A stretch of DNA of 54,503 nucleotides, filler included, from Trypethelium eluteriae (GCA_051942245.1; 3 parts of 3 records of this genome joined end to end with filler, not necessarily neighbours in it), one strand, 5' to 3'; positions 11,140 to 23,296 are shown, counted from the whole stretch's first letter. Made by a program: numbers and translations. Notes: generated by a model from the letters alone, not told the origin.

Positions 11140-14100
11140 ATGGCAAGACATTCAGGTTCTAGGAATTCAAACGAAGATGGCGGCAACGCCGAGGCAACAG
11201 AACCCCCTCAATCGAAGATTAGCAGTAGAAGCAAGCCTTCAATAAAATTGAAGGAACAGAGGAAAGGATTTTTGGGGCTTGGACGGTATGCTAGCCCTAA
11301 AGTTGCAATGTCGAACACTATGTCGCTGGAAATTTTGATGTGTACTGACGGCCATCAAGTCGAACACACGCCCAGGATCCCGGTAAGGTAATCATCAAGC
11401 CATCAACCGATGATGATCTTGCAGATGTGCAGTCTGTCATGGGAGAACAGCTTGACAGTTTTACCGTACAAGACGTCTACTCCCGTGCCAGAAACCTTAA
11501 GCTGGCTCTCCGAAATGCCTCCAAACATTCACAGGGAGAGGAATCTCGCTCCGACGACCTGGATAATTCCGAGGATGAAGCTGACGACGGAGAACCTGAT
11601 GGAGATGAGTCAAAGCGCCTAAAAGCAAAGGTGAAGCGATACCGAAAAGACTTGAAGGACGCCCGGAATGTGATCCTCAATCAAGACGAATCACTAGCAA
11701 AATCGCATCAGCATATGGAGGAGATCGAAGCCGCCATTGATAGAAGAGAACAGGCCGTAAAGCGGGAGAAGAAAGCCATTGAGGACCAGATGGTCAGTGT
11801 CGTTGTCCAACAAATAGGTGCTGCGAAGAAATCTGCCCGAGATTCTGTCTCGAAGGAATTCGAAGAGAATGCGAAGAAGCTAAACGATGAGCTTGAAGGA
11901 CTAAGGCAAGAAAATGCGCGTATGAAGGAGAGTATTCCTAAGATCATTGCCAGCAAATGCCCAGAATGCGAAAACCCAGATCATTGGCGAAATTCTGTAG
12001 ATACCGATATCACGGCCAGAGAACCCGAGTCCCGATCAGCAATCGAGGCCCTTAGCAAGGAACGTGACAAGCTTCGATCAGAGCTGGAGAATGCTGTAGC
12101 GAACCGAAAGAAAGCCCAGGAGGAACATGACATGGCATTTGAATCTCTGAAACAGGATCGAGACAGTGTGAACGAGGATCGTGAGGCTACGAAGACGGAA
12201 CTCGAGAATCTGAAGAAAACTCAAGCGGAGCGGGACGCAGGAAATGGCAATCTTAATGAGCGGATTGCGGAACTTGAAAATGAGGCTACTTCAGCTAGAG
12301 CCTCTGCGAAAGAGCTGACAGCCAAATTGGGATCACAAAACGAAATCTTTGAAGCAATGAAAGTGGATCTGCAGAAGGCACAGAACGAAAGTGCTGCTCA
12401 TCAAGAAAGCCTCACGGTCTTGCAATCAACCTCTGACAAAAAGCTCGAAGAGGCAGCTCAAGCGACACAGACTCTTCAGGAGGCTAACGAAACCCAAATC
12501 GAGTCACTGGACCAACAACTTGCTAAGCTCACGGGAGAACTCCAAGCCGAGAAGGCAAATTCTGCAAAGGGCGTCCAAGATCACCAAGCCTTACAGGCAA
12601 AGCTTGAAGAAGCGCAGAATGCTCTTCAATCCCATGAAACTGGCAGCGTGGCCCAGATCGAAGCATTGCAGAAGGAATTGTCTGATACAACTGGCCAGCT
12701 GCAGGCTGCAGAGACAGCAGCTCAGAACGAAATCGAGAGACTAAACAAGGCCCAGCAAGAAGCCGATAGTCTTCACAAGGGGGATGCAGAATCACAAGCG
12801 CGTCTCTCAAAGGAACTTGAAGAGTCTAGAACGGCCTTGGAACTGATGCAGAATGAGATGAGAAAGGCAGAACAGGACCTCGCAGCGGAAAGGGAACGTT
12901 CCGGGACTGCGCTTAAGGACCTAAGTGAGCAAAAGAGTCAGGCTGAAGCAGCGGCTGCGTCTCTTGCCGCTATCGAGGGTTCACGTGCTGCTACGGACGA
13001 GCAAGTCAAGCAGAAGGAAGCACATCTCGTAGATCTTCAGGGCAGTCTTGACTCTAAGAGTGCAGAACTGGAGACCATGAACAAGAAAAGAGACGCGGTG
13101 GAATCAGAGCTTAAAAGTAAGCTTGACGCGACGAACGCAGAGCTTCAAAGAACAATTCAGCAAAAGGAAATCACAGACAGAGCCCTTGACGAAGCTGGAA
13201 ATAGTAAAGGGGCGGAGTTGCAGCGGGCGCTTGAAAAGAAGGCAGAGGCTGAAAAGGCTTTGGAAGAGCTGCGGAATGCCTATGAAGCACAGATTATGGA
13301 GCTCACAGGCAAGCGAGAAGAGACGGAAAGGAACTTAGAAAATGTAAAGAGCTCTCTGGATGAAGCAGATGGGCAAGCTCGTGTAAGAGAACAGGAATTA
13401 AGGGCAGCACTCGAAGCCGGGCAAGAGGAACATCAAATAACCAGAGGCAAGCTTGAAGAGGCTACAAAAGGCCTCGAAGCCTTACCAACAAAAGATGCTG
13501 AAGCACAGGAGCTCAAAGCAGCTAAGGACGAAGCAACACAGGCTCTCAGGGAGGCTGAGCACGCCTATGAGAAAGCAGCCGCAAGCAAGGACGCTGAACT
13601 TTCTGCAAGTATGGCAAAGATTGAAGAACTCCAAGGAAGCCTCAGGAAGGCAGAAGGGGCTCAGGATTTGGCCAAAGATGAGCTTTCAGCTATCGAAGAT
13701 ACGCTTCAGAAACTCAAAGCAGAGAATCTAAAGCTTTCAGAGTCTTTGGATAATGCTAAAAGGGATCATGAACAAGCAATGGTTGCAAAAGATGCAGAGC
13801 TGGAGACTGCTGCGGCAGCCAAGGCAAGTCTTGAGGAAGCCGTCGACCAAGCTTATAAAGGCCAGGAGAAGGCGAGACACGAGTTCGAAGCCTTGACTGG
13901 AAGCCAACGAGATGCCATGGCTGTTAAAGATGCCGAGCTCAAAGATGCTGTGGCTGCAAAGCAAAATCTCGAAGAAGCTGCTCGTAATGCAAATCGCGAT
14001 CATCAGAGGACTAAAGATGATCTAGAAGCCACTAGGTCAATCCTGGACATGATGAGAGCACAGATGGAGGAACTTCAGGAAAGCGGATCAGCTAATGATG

Positions 14101-17100
14101 GACTTAAAGACGCCCTGCAGAAAACCCAAGAAGAGCTCGAGAAAACAAAAGGCGCCCACGCAGCAAGTCGTAAGGAGCTTGAAGAGTCAAATGGCCAACA
14201 TGAATTACTGGCACGAGAACTGGAATCGACCAAAGAGGCCCACCAAAATACGCAAGCTCAATACGAGAAGACGAGGGATGCTCACGACTCAGCCCAGAAA
14301 GAGCTTGAAGATGTACGGATGCAGCACGACCAAGTGAACCAGAACTTGGAGACCGAAAAGAACGCACATCAAGCAGTCAGAGACCGGGTTGCCGCCATCG
14401 AGGCAAATATGCAAGGTCATGAGGCTTCTAAAGCACAGTTGTCTAGCGATCTTGACCAAGTACGACAAGAGCATGATGCTACGAAGGCACAACTTGCGAG
14501 GAACGCTGAAGAGATAGAAGCGCATAAGTACAATGTTGAGCTATTGGAAGCAGATCTTGCACAGAGCCGAAATGAACATGGTCAGACTAAACAGGAACTG
14601 GAAACGCTCCGCAATGAGCAAAATGATGGCAAGCAGGATTCCTCTGCGCTCGAAAGAGAGATCAAAGCTGCCAAAGAAGCACGAGAAGCTGCTCTCTCAC
14701 AGCAGCAGGAACTTGAACAACATCTTGTTTCCATTCAATCCGAAAATAAACGTCTTCAACAGGCCCTCAGTGACAGCCAAAATAACAGACCAGTAGATGG
14801 CGACGTTGGTGCCCGTCTCAGAGATGCCGAAGAGCAGACTCAAATTCTGGTTGACGTCAATACAGATCTTGAGAAATCCTTGGAGGCAGCGCAAAGCTCC
14901 AACAAGCAGCTCAAGAAACAACTCGAAGAAGCGCTCGCTCAAGCGCAAAGCCCGGAGAAGACACAGAGGAATGAGAGACAGGAGTCACCAAAACCAAAGA
15001 GTGTCCGAGAGAGGATGGAAGCTTTGGGTGTCGGTGCTATGGGGACCAGTAGGGGAGGAAGGAGAGGCTCACCAAGTCCAGGCCTTAGGCCAGGTTCCTC
15101 AAATAGTGGGAGAGATGCCAGTCGATCACCTGGACCTGGTCGTAGACTCTCTCGGACATCGAATTCTGAAGACCCCTTCTCGACAGTGTCACGGAACACT
15201 TCGAATGTTTCTGCAAAAAGAGATCAATCAGGCGAGACGGAAACTTGTACCGAAGAGACAAGCCCCGAGGTACAAGAGAGAAAAAGCCCAGAGAACTTCG
15301 ACAGCGATCGTGCTTTAGAAGCTGAGTCTCCACGGCATGCTGAGCCCCAGGCTTCTGCTGGAGCAGCGCAGGCCAAAGATGATGAAGTGGAGTCAATTTT
15401 ACACAGTACTCAAGGCCAAGCATCTGAAAGTAGCCAATCCACAGCAGATGCCGCTCAATATGTCCAGCCCGATAATGGCCCTCGGGAGATGTCTGAGGCG
15501 GAGAAGATGACCGGGTCCCAACAGAAAGCCGAGCCCGATAGTTCAACACAAGCAACGCAGGGCGAAGTGACGAACTTGGAGTCGAAGATTCATGACCGCG
15601 AAGACTATCCAAATGCAAATGGGGAACCTGTCACTCAAGGCCAGGAGAGTGAACAACCAAAGGCTGAGTCAAAAGAAGAACCTGGCCCTGGGACAACGAA
15701 GACTCAGCAGGATGCTGAGAATGAAGTTACTCGAGACGCCATGCAAACTGAGGCTCACAATCTGGAGTCTGAGATACACGGTCCTGAAGCCCGACTGTCT
15801 GAGAGTCCCAATCCTGCGGCACAGGCCATCGACCATACAAAACAGGATATCAAGAGTCAAGAACTTGCAGGACCAGAGAAGGAAGCCGAACCTCACGATG
15901 CTGATGCTCATCCTTCTACCAGAGAATCGAAGCAGGACGAAGCGCAAGACCTCAGATCTCAAAGTGGCAGCGATCAGGCCCGAAAAACTGATCCAGGTGA
16001 AACTGCAGAATTTGGCAGTGAAGCTACAAGACCCGAAGACCAAGAACGAACAAATGAGCAGACACTAGCTAAACAATCCCACGAATCCCGGGACACCAAT
16101 TCGCAGGAGTCAACATCGAGAGTCGAATCTCAAGAGGAACAGCCCGAACGACCGCATTCCGGAGACATTATTGCACAGGGAACCGGGCGCCATGATTTGG
16201 CATCTGGAGAAGCCGATTCCCAGGGAAACCATCATGAATCTTCCCAACCCAACGAATCCGTTGAAAAGGGGGATGAATCTGAAGAGGAACAATCTGGATC
16301 ATTCGATCCCAGCCAGTCCGCGCACCAGAGAAGCACTTCTTCTGAGTCAGAACTTGGAGAAGCCAGGCATATGGAGGATCAATTTCCATCATCTCAACCC
16401 CGTGAATCCGGGGAGCAAGTGAACAAATCCCATGAATCTCACTCTGGAGAAGACGAGCCTCCGGATAATAGGACTGAAGGGCCCCGTGGCAGCGACGCAG
16501 TAGAACAGGCTGGATTGTCTCAGATAGAACGATCTGAACTATCACATCCTGATGATCCTGATAGCTCCACGCAACAGGCAAATGAGTCACATCAGCCGGA
16601 ACGTAAGGAAGCCATGCCTGTTGGAGATCAATCTCCGCCATCCCAGCCGGGCGATTTTGCCAAACAAATGGACGAGTTCCATCAGCTGACCTCTGAAGAA
16701 ATTGACCCCAAAGGTGATCAATCCAGGTCATCCGATAATGGTGACTACCAAGAACAGAGAAACGAGTCCCTTGAGCCGAAACATGGAGCCAGCGACCATC
16801 AGGGAAATGAATTCGAATCATCCCATCATGAAGGCTCTCCGGATCAAATAAACAAATCTCAAAAGTCGGGAACTCCGGAAATCGAGCTCAAAGCAGACAG
16901 GTTCGAACCGCCCCGTCCTGAAGACCACATGGAGCAGACAGATAAGTCTCATAGGACTGAACCGAGCGAAGCCCAGCTCAAGGGGGATCAAGCCGAATCA
17001 AGCCCTTCGGAAAACCTAGTGGAGCAAGAGACCGAGCCTCGTTGGTCGCAATCCAGTGGAACCGAGCCCGAAGACCATCGGACGGAATCAAGTCGCATAG

Positions 17101-17462
17101 ACGAGTCGGCAGAGTCGGCAGGCGAGTCTCATGAGCAAACACCCGAAAGCAAACTGGACAGCTCGGAGCACCACGGACCTAAAGCTACTAGTAGCGAAGC
17201 AGAGAATCAAGAATATCAAATAGGACCACACAATTCTGGCGAATCCACAAGGCATGCAGAGGACGGAGATTATCAAGAGCGCGAGGGCGAACTCTCTACA
17301 TCGGAAGATCATGAAAAGGAATCCGGAGGAGTCGAGTTCCAAGGACACCAAGCGGAGACTCAGCATGCGGACGAATCCAAGGGGCAAGTAGGGGAATCTC
17401 ATGAGCAGCAGGGCGGGCATGAGTCTCAAAGCTTGGAGACCCATAAAGAAGGGGCAGAATAG
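11140..17462 (+). CDS. Giant (~2080 aa) uncharacterised protein: long coiled coil followed by an acidic, disordered, repeat-containing C-terminus; exons 11140-11285, 11360-17462
   Basis: A 6-kb open frame with heptad-rich E/K/A/L/Q sequence up to ~14950. A GTATGC..TACTGAC..AAG intron links the ATG at 11140 in frame. Confidence 0.8.
14136..14390 (+). repeat. Degenerate 14-aa (42-bp) His-containing coiled-coil repeat, ~6 units
   Basis: LEKTKGAHAASRKE / LEESNGQHELLARE / LESTKEAHQNTQAQ / YEKTRDAHDSAQKE / LEDVRMQHDQVNQN / LETEKNAHQAVRDR. Confidence 0.75.
16224..17160 (+). repeat. Degenerate 30-aa (90-bp) tandem protein repeat
   Basis: Units start at 16623, 16713, 16803, 16893, 16983 and 17073 (GDQSPPSQ.., GDQSRSSD.., GNEFESSH.., ADRFEPPR.., GDQAESSP.., DHRTESSR..). 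Related units lie at ~16224 and ~16374. Confidence 0.7.
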
Positions 17463-17848
17463 TGGTAGTCTTCGGACCACATGGAACGGAAAGACTTGGG
17501 AAGAATAGTGCTTAAGCAAGGCGTTTTTGGGGCTGTCGTGATATCCTTTTCCTACGTCCAGAATGTAGTTGCTGATACAGGCGGCACCTCGTGTCAGGCG
17601 TTGAAGTTCTATATAGAATGTGAAATTCCGAGCGTCTTCTCAAGCCTGCAATGTACCAACTCATCCATGCTGACGGAGATTTGACTCCATGTCGCGGATC
17701 CAAGCTAAGTTCTGGACCAAACCATAGCTAGTCTTATTCGGCTATACTCAATCAAGTATTCCATCAACACTTCCAACCGCTCACGCAATGCACGATACAA
17801 GATAGACCTCCACTTCATCACTCCGACCAAAACCCCCACCTACCTAAC

Positions 17849-18238
17849 CTACCTCCTCCTCTTCCGCGCCCTCTTCTCCCTCTCATACTCCTTCGCCTCG
17901 CGGCCCTCCTCCCCCTGAATCTCCGCGACCAACCTCCGATACTTCCGATCATACTCCTCATCCCTGACGCGCTTCTCCCGCAGCCGCTCCCTCGCGACAA
18001 AATTCGCATCCTTGCGCAGCTCGCGCAGCGCCCCCTTCCTCTCTCGCTTATACTCCTTGCTCAGCTTCTGTGCCTCGGCGCGCCCGCGATCCGGGTCGTA
18101 GTGCTTGGCCGGGTCGAAGCCGTCTTCGAAGCGTGGGGTCGCCGATTTGATGGGGATCGGGCGGTGGTGGTGGAGGCGGAGGGGCTGTCGTTGTGCGAGG
18201 GAGGAGTGGATGAGGATGGAGAGGTGGGAGTGGGGTTT
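17849..18238 (-). CDS. nop14: Nucleolar protein Nop14, C-terminal fragment (5' part lost at the contig end)
   Basis: Minus-strand translation gives RQPLRLHHHRPIPIKSATPRFEDGFDPAKHYDPDRGRAEAQKL...KGALRELRKDANFVAR...YRRLVAEIQGEEGREAKEYER, then TAG at 17849-17851. Confidence 0.88.
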   Translation of the reverse strand, partial: KPHSHLSILIHSSLAQRQPLRLHHHRPIPIKSATPRFEDGFDPAKHYDPDRGRAEAQKLSKEYKRERKGALRELRKDANFVARERLREKRVRDEEYDRKYRRLVAEIQGEEGREAKEYEREKRARKRRR

Positions 18239-18338
18239 NNNNNNNNNNNNNNNNNNNNNNNNNNNNNNNNNNNNNNNNNNNNTTAATTAATTAANNNNNN
18301 NNNNNNNNNNNNNNNNNNNNNNNNNNNNNNNNNNNNNN
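18239..18338. other. Artificial contig-joining spacer N44-TTAATTAATTAA-N44
   Basis: Exactly 100 nt, with a six-frame-stop 12-mer at 18283-18294. An identical copy lies at 36391-36490. Confidence 0.97.
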
Positions 18339-18339
18339 C

Positions 18340-19407
18340 CTCCCCCAAGGCGCAACTCTTCTCCTCTGCTCCACCGTTCCAGCATCCTACGCCCAGTCCG
18401 TCGCGAACCAATTACAAATCCTCAAACGCGAAGACATCTCTCTCATCGACGCTCCGGTCTCCGGTGGCGCCGGACGCGCCCGCGCCGGCACCCTCTCCAT
18501 CATGGCTGGCGCCTCCCCTTCCGCCATAGAAAAGGGGAAGTGGCTGCTGAGCGAGATGTCGGATCCCAAGAAGCTGTTCATCGTCGAGGGCGGCATCGGC
18601 CAGGGATCCAACATGAAGATGGTGCATCAGGTGCTGGCGGGGATCCACATTCTCGCAACGAGCGAGGCGATGGGGCTTGCAGCGAGATTCGGGCTGGACC
18701 CGCGACGGGTGAGAGAAGCGGTGGTAGGGAGCGAGGCGTGGAGCTGGATGTTTGAGAATCGGACGCCTAGGATACTAAGCGAGGATTACTTCCCTGGGGA
18801 GAGCGCGTTGACGATTATATTGAAGGATGTTGGGATTGTCACGTCGATGGCGAGGCTGAAAGGGTTTCCGACACCGATGTGTGGGATTGCGGAACAGGTG
18901 TATACTGCGGCGTTGGCGAGAGGATGGGGTCCGAACGATGATGCGGGAATGGTGAGAATGTATTATCTCGAGCCGGTGACCAAGGTGGTGGAGGCGAAGA
19001 GCGAGGAGGGAGAGGCAGAGAGGCGAACAAGACTAATTGTAAGGATGCTGGTGGCTATTCATGTTTGTGCTGCGGCAGAGTCGATTGCCTTTGCCAAGCA
19101 TGTGGGGATTCCTTTGGAGCAGCTGTACGAGTTGGCAGTCGATGCGGCAGGTGGCAGTGTGATGTTCAGAGAGTGCGGAAGAGACATGATAAGAGGTCTG
19201 ACTGGAGACGCAGAGGTATGGAGTAAAACGGCGAGAAACAATTTGGGTCAATTGATCAAAGATTTATCTCAAGCTGTCGACGAGGCTTTTGAAGCGAAAT
19301 GCCCAAGTTTCTTGGCAAGCGGAGCTCTGAATCTCCTTACGCTAGGTCAGAAACAAGGAAGATCGACTGACTCTGATGCGAGTATAGTCAAGATTTGGAA
19401 TGTGTAG
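18340..19407 (+). CDS. 3-hydroxyisobutyrate/6-phosphogluconate dehydrogenase-family NAD-binding protein (LtnD/YgbJ-like), 5'-truncated
   Basis: Motifs LLCSTV, DAPVSGGAGRARAGTLSIMAG and GQGSNMKMVHQVLAGIHI..SEAM. A second copy of the helical domain follows (AIHVCAAAESIAFAKHVGIPL..DAAGGSVMF). Confidence 0.85.
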   Translation, partial: LPQGATLLLCSTVPASYAQSVANQLQILKREDISLIDAPVSGGAGRARAGTLSIMAGASPSAIEKGKWLLSEMSDPKKLFIVEGGIGQGSNMKMVHQVLAGIHILATSEAMGLAARFGLDPRRVREAVVGSEAWSWMFENRTPRILSEDYFPGESALTIILKDVGIVTSMARLKGFPTPMCGIAEQVYTAALARGWGPNDDAGMVRMYYLEPVTKVVEAKSEEGEAERRTRLIVRMLVAIHVCAAAESIAFAKHVGIPLEQLYELAVDAAGGSVMFRECGRDMIRGLTGDAEVWSKTARNNLGQLIKDLSQAVDEAFEAKCPSFLASGALNLLTLGQKQGRSTDSDASIVKIWNV

Positions 19408-21265
19408 GGGCTGCTTTGGAGTGTTTCCAAAATGAGGATTCGACTGGCAATATTCAGGACTACCGCTTTGATCGCGTAAAAGTATCCCCAATCGCTCAGT
19501 CTGCAAAGGTTCCTGGAACCAGCACATAGGCTGACAATTATTCCGTCGTCGTCGGATTCCAATGGGTGGCACCCTAATAGGAAAGTTAGACAAATTGCCT
19601 GATTCATTTCTTCAGATAAGCATATCCCATACTCCAGATTGTCAGATCATGCAGGAAGAACCTCGAAAATGGCCGGAACGCCAGATCATTCCAAGTCTTT
19701 CGAACATGGCAATCCTCAAGTGAGAAATGCAGATCGGCAAGATATCAAACATGTCGAATTGTTTCTAAGGAATTTGGCATGTAATCATCTCGCAACGTAC
19801 CGACTGGGTCTTCCATGATCCAAAATAGGCCCTACTAAAACCAAAGCTAATACCTCACTACACCATCCTCACATAGTCGCAGATGACTGCAGTGTTGGAA
19901 GGCTCGCATCAGAAGAAGTACGTCCCGATACTAGATGCAATGATGAGAGGGATGGGGCAGTAGGTGAAGATGGCTGTGCAGGAGTTGGACTAGAGCCTGG
20001 TGCTCCGTCCATCGTCATCGAAGTTGCCCGGGTGCTGTTACTCGCAGCTCCGTTATTGAACGTGATATCTGAAGTCAGACCCGTCAGTTTCCCTGTCGAG
20101 TGTGATTGATGGATTATCCACTCGAGGATCAATGCATTTCCGCAGTCGCATCGATGAGATATTGAGGCGTGGGAGTCTCCGTTTCGCCAACAGGACACCA
20201 ATGCCCCATGTCGAGCCGAGCTCAGCCCAGAGTCACTGCATTCGCTTAATCCAGATGGGTCTGTATCTCCGGTCGCAAGGTCCAAAATCGACACCGTCCA
20301 TCAGAAGAGGTGTGTTCCTACCGAGTTTGGTAAGATTCCAGCCTGATCGGAGTGAGTCTGAATCTATCTCTTTGGTAAAGTTTCGGAGAATCTTTCTTTT
20401 AAGAAGTTATTGCTTTCTCTGCATTGATATGGAGAACTGAGGAAGAAAAAGAGAATTAAGGCTTCATCGCCGCTCAGTCGTTTTGCATGACACCCTGCAA
20501 AGGCCATCTCGTTGCATCGGGATACTGCCACAATACTACTCCGTACGCAAGGCTTTCACGTCTATCTCCAGAGATAAGGCTGGAGGAGCGACAATGCTCG
20601 CGCCATCTAGCAAGACCTATCTAGTACTCTATTGAGAGTTGTCGCCATCGGCTTTAGTCCGCTTGTGCATCGGATCACCGACTTTGGAAGCTCGTGATTG
20701 TGCCATCGCGAAGCTTGTCCTTCACAAGAAATGGCGGATGAGACCAAGGCAAAATCCCACCATTAAGAGGAAGATGGAGTGGCGGCGCACTGGGCCGGGA
20801 GTGGCCGCAACCGTTGCAAAGGAGTCGCCACAACACCCCCACGCTCCTATTCGCAGTCTTACTCCAGGGTCCCCTATGACGACCCTGCAGTAGTATTTCT
20901 TGGCTGGACTGCCTCGTCCTATCATCCTTTCACCTTTCCTGGGGCAATGTCCAGTGACCTCTCTCTAGCCTCAACATAGCCCTTGATAAGAACGGCATCC
21001 TTTCGGACATACACGAGAGCCATGGCCGCATCGAGGTTTGGTTGGTGAATGCATTTGATTCCTTTGCGCGGATCACCCGCTCTGCGTTTGCTTCCGGGGC
21101 TTAGTTCTCATTTGGAAGGTTCTTCTCCTTCTACTCTATTTCTTATCAGGGCCAGGCTTTGTAGGCTTGGCACTGCTCCATCATAAATGAGAGGACTGTC
21201 CTCGCTACCCCTCCTTGCCTTGTCCCACTGTTCGTCTTCACTTTCGTTCCGTCTCCAATTCCATC

Positions 21266-22750
21266 ATGAGGTGCTCATCTTTCGTTACTTGGCTGGGGCT
21301 TTCCCTTGCTACACTTGTTGGAGCAGCTCCTGCTGCCACGAAGGACAAGCGCTACCTTGTAGAGCGTGATGGGACGAATTACACAGTTTTCGAGCATGCG
21401 GCCACAGGAGCGAAGCTTGAATTCGTGACGAATTCGGGTATTTGCGAGACTACACCTGGTGTCAATCAGTACTCTGGATATCTCTCTGTTGGTACAAACA
21501 TGAACATGTGGTTTTGGTTCTTCGAAGCGCGTAACAACCCTTCGACTGCACCTCTAGCAACATGGTTCAATGGTGGACCTGGATGCTCCTCCATGATTGG
21601 TCTCTTCCAGGAAAATGGACCTTGTCAATTTTACAATGGAGCTTCGACGCCCTCAAATAACACCCACAGCTTCAACAACTATGTAAGTCAGATCACTCAT
21701 GCTATGGATAGAAGTGGTAATCAAGACTGACTAGTACAGGCGAACATGTTGTATGTAGATCAACCGATTGGAGTAGGCTTCTCCTATGGGACTGATTCAG
21801 TGACCTCCACCGTGACTGCTGCTCCGTATGTGTGGAAACTTATCCAGGCCTTTTACGCTCAATTCCCCCAATACGAAAGCCGAGAATTTGGAATTTTCAC
21901 GGAGTCTTATGGAGGCCACTATGGACCGGAATTTGCGTACTACTTTGAGGACCAGAACAACGGCATCGCGAATGGCACCATTAAGGGCGACAAGATTGAC
22001 CTAATCGCTCTCGGTATCAACAACGGCTGGTACGATCCTGTCCTCCAATACAAGGCATACATCACCTACAGCTACAACAACTCCTACAAGGCCCTGATCT
22101 CGCAATCCCAATACAACTCTTACCTAAGCACCTACACTTCGAAGTGCGTCCCGGCCCTCAACTCCTGCGCAAGCTCCGGCTCCAACAGCGCCTGTGAGTC
22201 CGCTGAGAACACCTGCTACAACGGCATCGAAGGCCCCCTAAGCGAAGTCGGCAACTTCGACGTCTACGACGTCCGCGAACCATCCAACGATCCCTACCCG
22301 CCGGAAACCTACGCCACCTATCTCGCCAATCCGTCCGTCACCAGCGCCATTGGCGCCAAGGCCACCTATGCCGAGTGTCCCGACGCGCCCTACGAGAAGT
22401 TCTCCAGCACGGGCGACGACTCCCGCTCCTTCCTCACCCAGCTCTCGGATGTCGTGCAGTCGGGCATCCAGGTCGTCATCTGGGCGGGTGATGCTGACTG
22501 GATCTGCAACTGGTATGGTGGTGAGGCCGTTGCGAACGCAATTTCGTACAGTGGCGCAAGCGCGTTCGATGCCGCGGCGTTGAAACCCTATACTGTCAAC
22601 GGGGTGCAGGGAGGTACGTTCAAGACTGGGGGTAACTTGAGCTTCTTGAGAGTATTCGGGGCGGGACATGAAGTGCCCTATTATCAGCCCGCAGTAGCGT
22701 TGCAGGTCTTTGAGCAGACGATGCAGAAGAAAGTTTTGTCTTCGACGTGA
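21266..22750 (+). CDS. Secreted serine carboxypeptidase, family S10 (carboxypeptidase S1-like); exons 21266-21682, 21740-22750
   Basis: Signal peptide. Motifs WFNGGPGCSSM, NMLYVDQPIGVGFSY, ESYGGHY (catalytic Ser), GDADWICN (Asp) and AGHEVP (His). Confidence 0.95.
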
Positions 22751-23296
22751 GCCGAGAAGATGAAGGAGTGCGTAATGCAGCATTGTCTTGTACATATTAA
22801 TCAGTCAATTGAAGAAACACCACAAAGTTTACCGCAATCTGCTATTTTCTGGACAGATAATGCAAGTCTCATCCTGAGCATAGCAAAAAGTCGCTGTTGT
22901 CCAGCGAGACCACGCATTAGCGGTGAGCGCTGTCATGGACAATGGCCGAAGCAGCTCGGAAATTTAAGTGTCTGGATATTCACTAGATTCTCATGTTCAT
23001 GATGAATGGGATATATTCTAACTTGGTTACTCTCAATACTTTCCACTCCGGAGAAGTTATTCCCGCTGGACCACGGGGCTTTGCACGGACCATTGTCAAT
23101 TCTTAAAAGGCCATCCAAGCGTCTACACGCCCTTCGGAGCCCGCCGCATCCCTATCTTGACGAGAGCAGGAGCCGACTACTCTTTCAGATTGAGGCCTGA
23201 TGATAACGAAGCATGTCAACCTCGGAAGTTGATATTAATGCTATACAGAAACGACGCCAGGATACGAAGCAGAATCAGAAACCCTATGACAGTATC

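Noticed and set aside
11477..17519. Numerous antisense and alternate-frame ORFs over the giant coiled-coil gene and other CDSs
   Set aside because: They are expected shadows of long coding frames with biased codon use.
18283..18294. Palindromic TTAATTAATTAA within N-runs (also 36435-36446) as a biological repeat or transposon target site
   Set aside because: It is an identical, symmetric 100-nt construct with stops in all six frames, i.e. an assembly linker.
17849..19407. nop14 and the dehydrogenase as a divergent gene pair
   Set aside because: They are separated by an artificial spacer and both are 5'-truncated, so true adjacency is unknown.
19869..20979. Short ORFs in the 19.6-21.2 kb intergenic region
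   Set aside because: No recognisable motifs, consistent splice pattern or coding bias.
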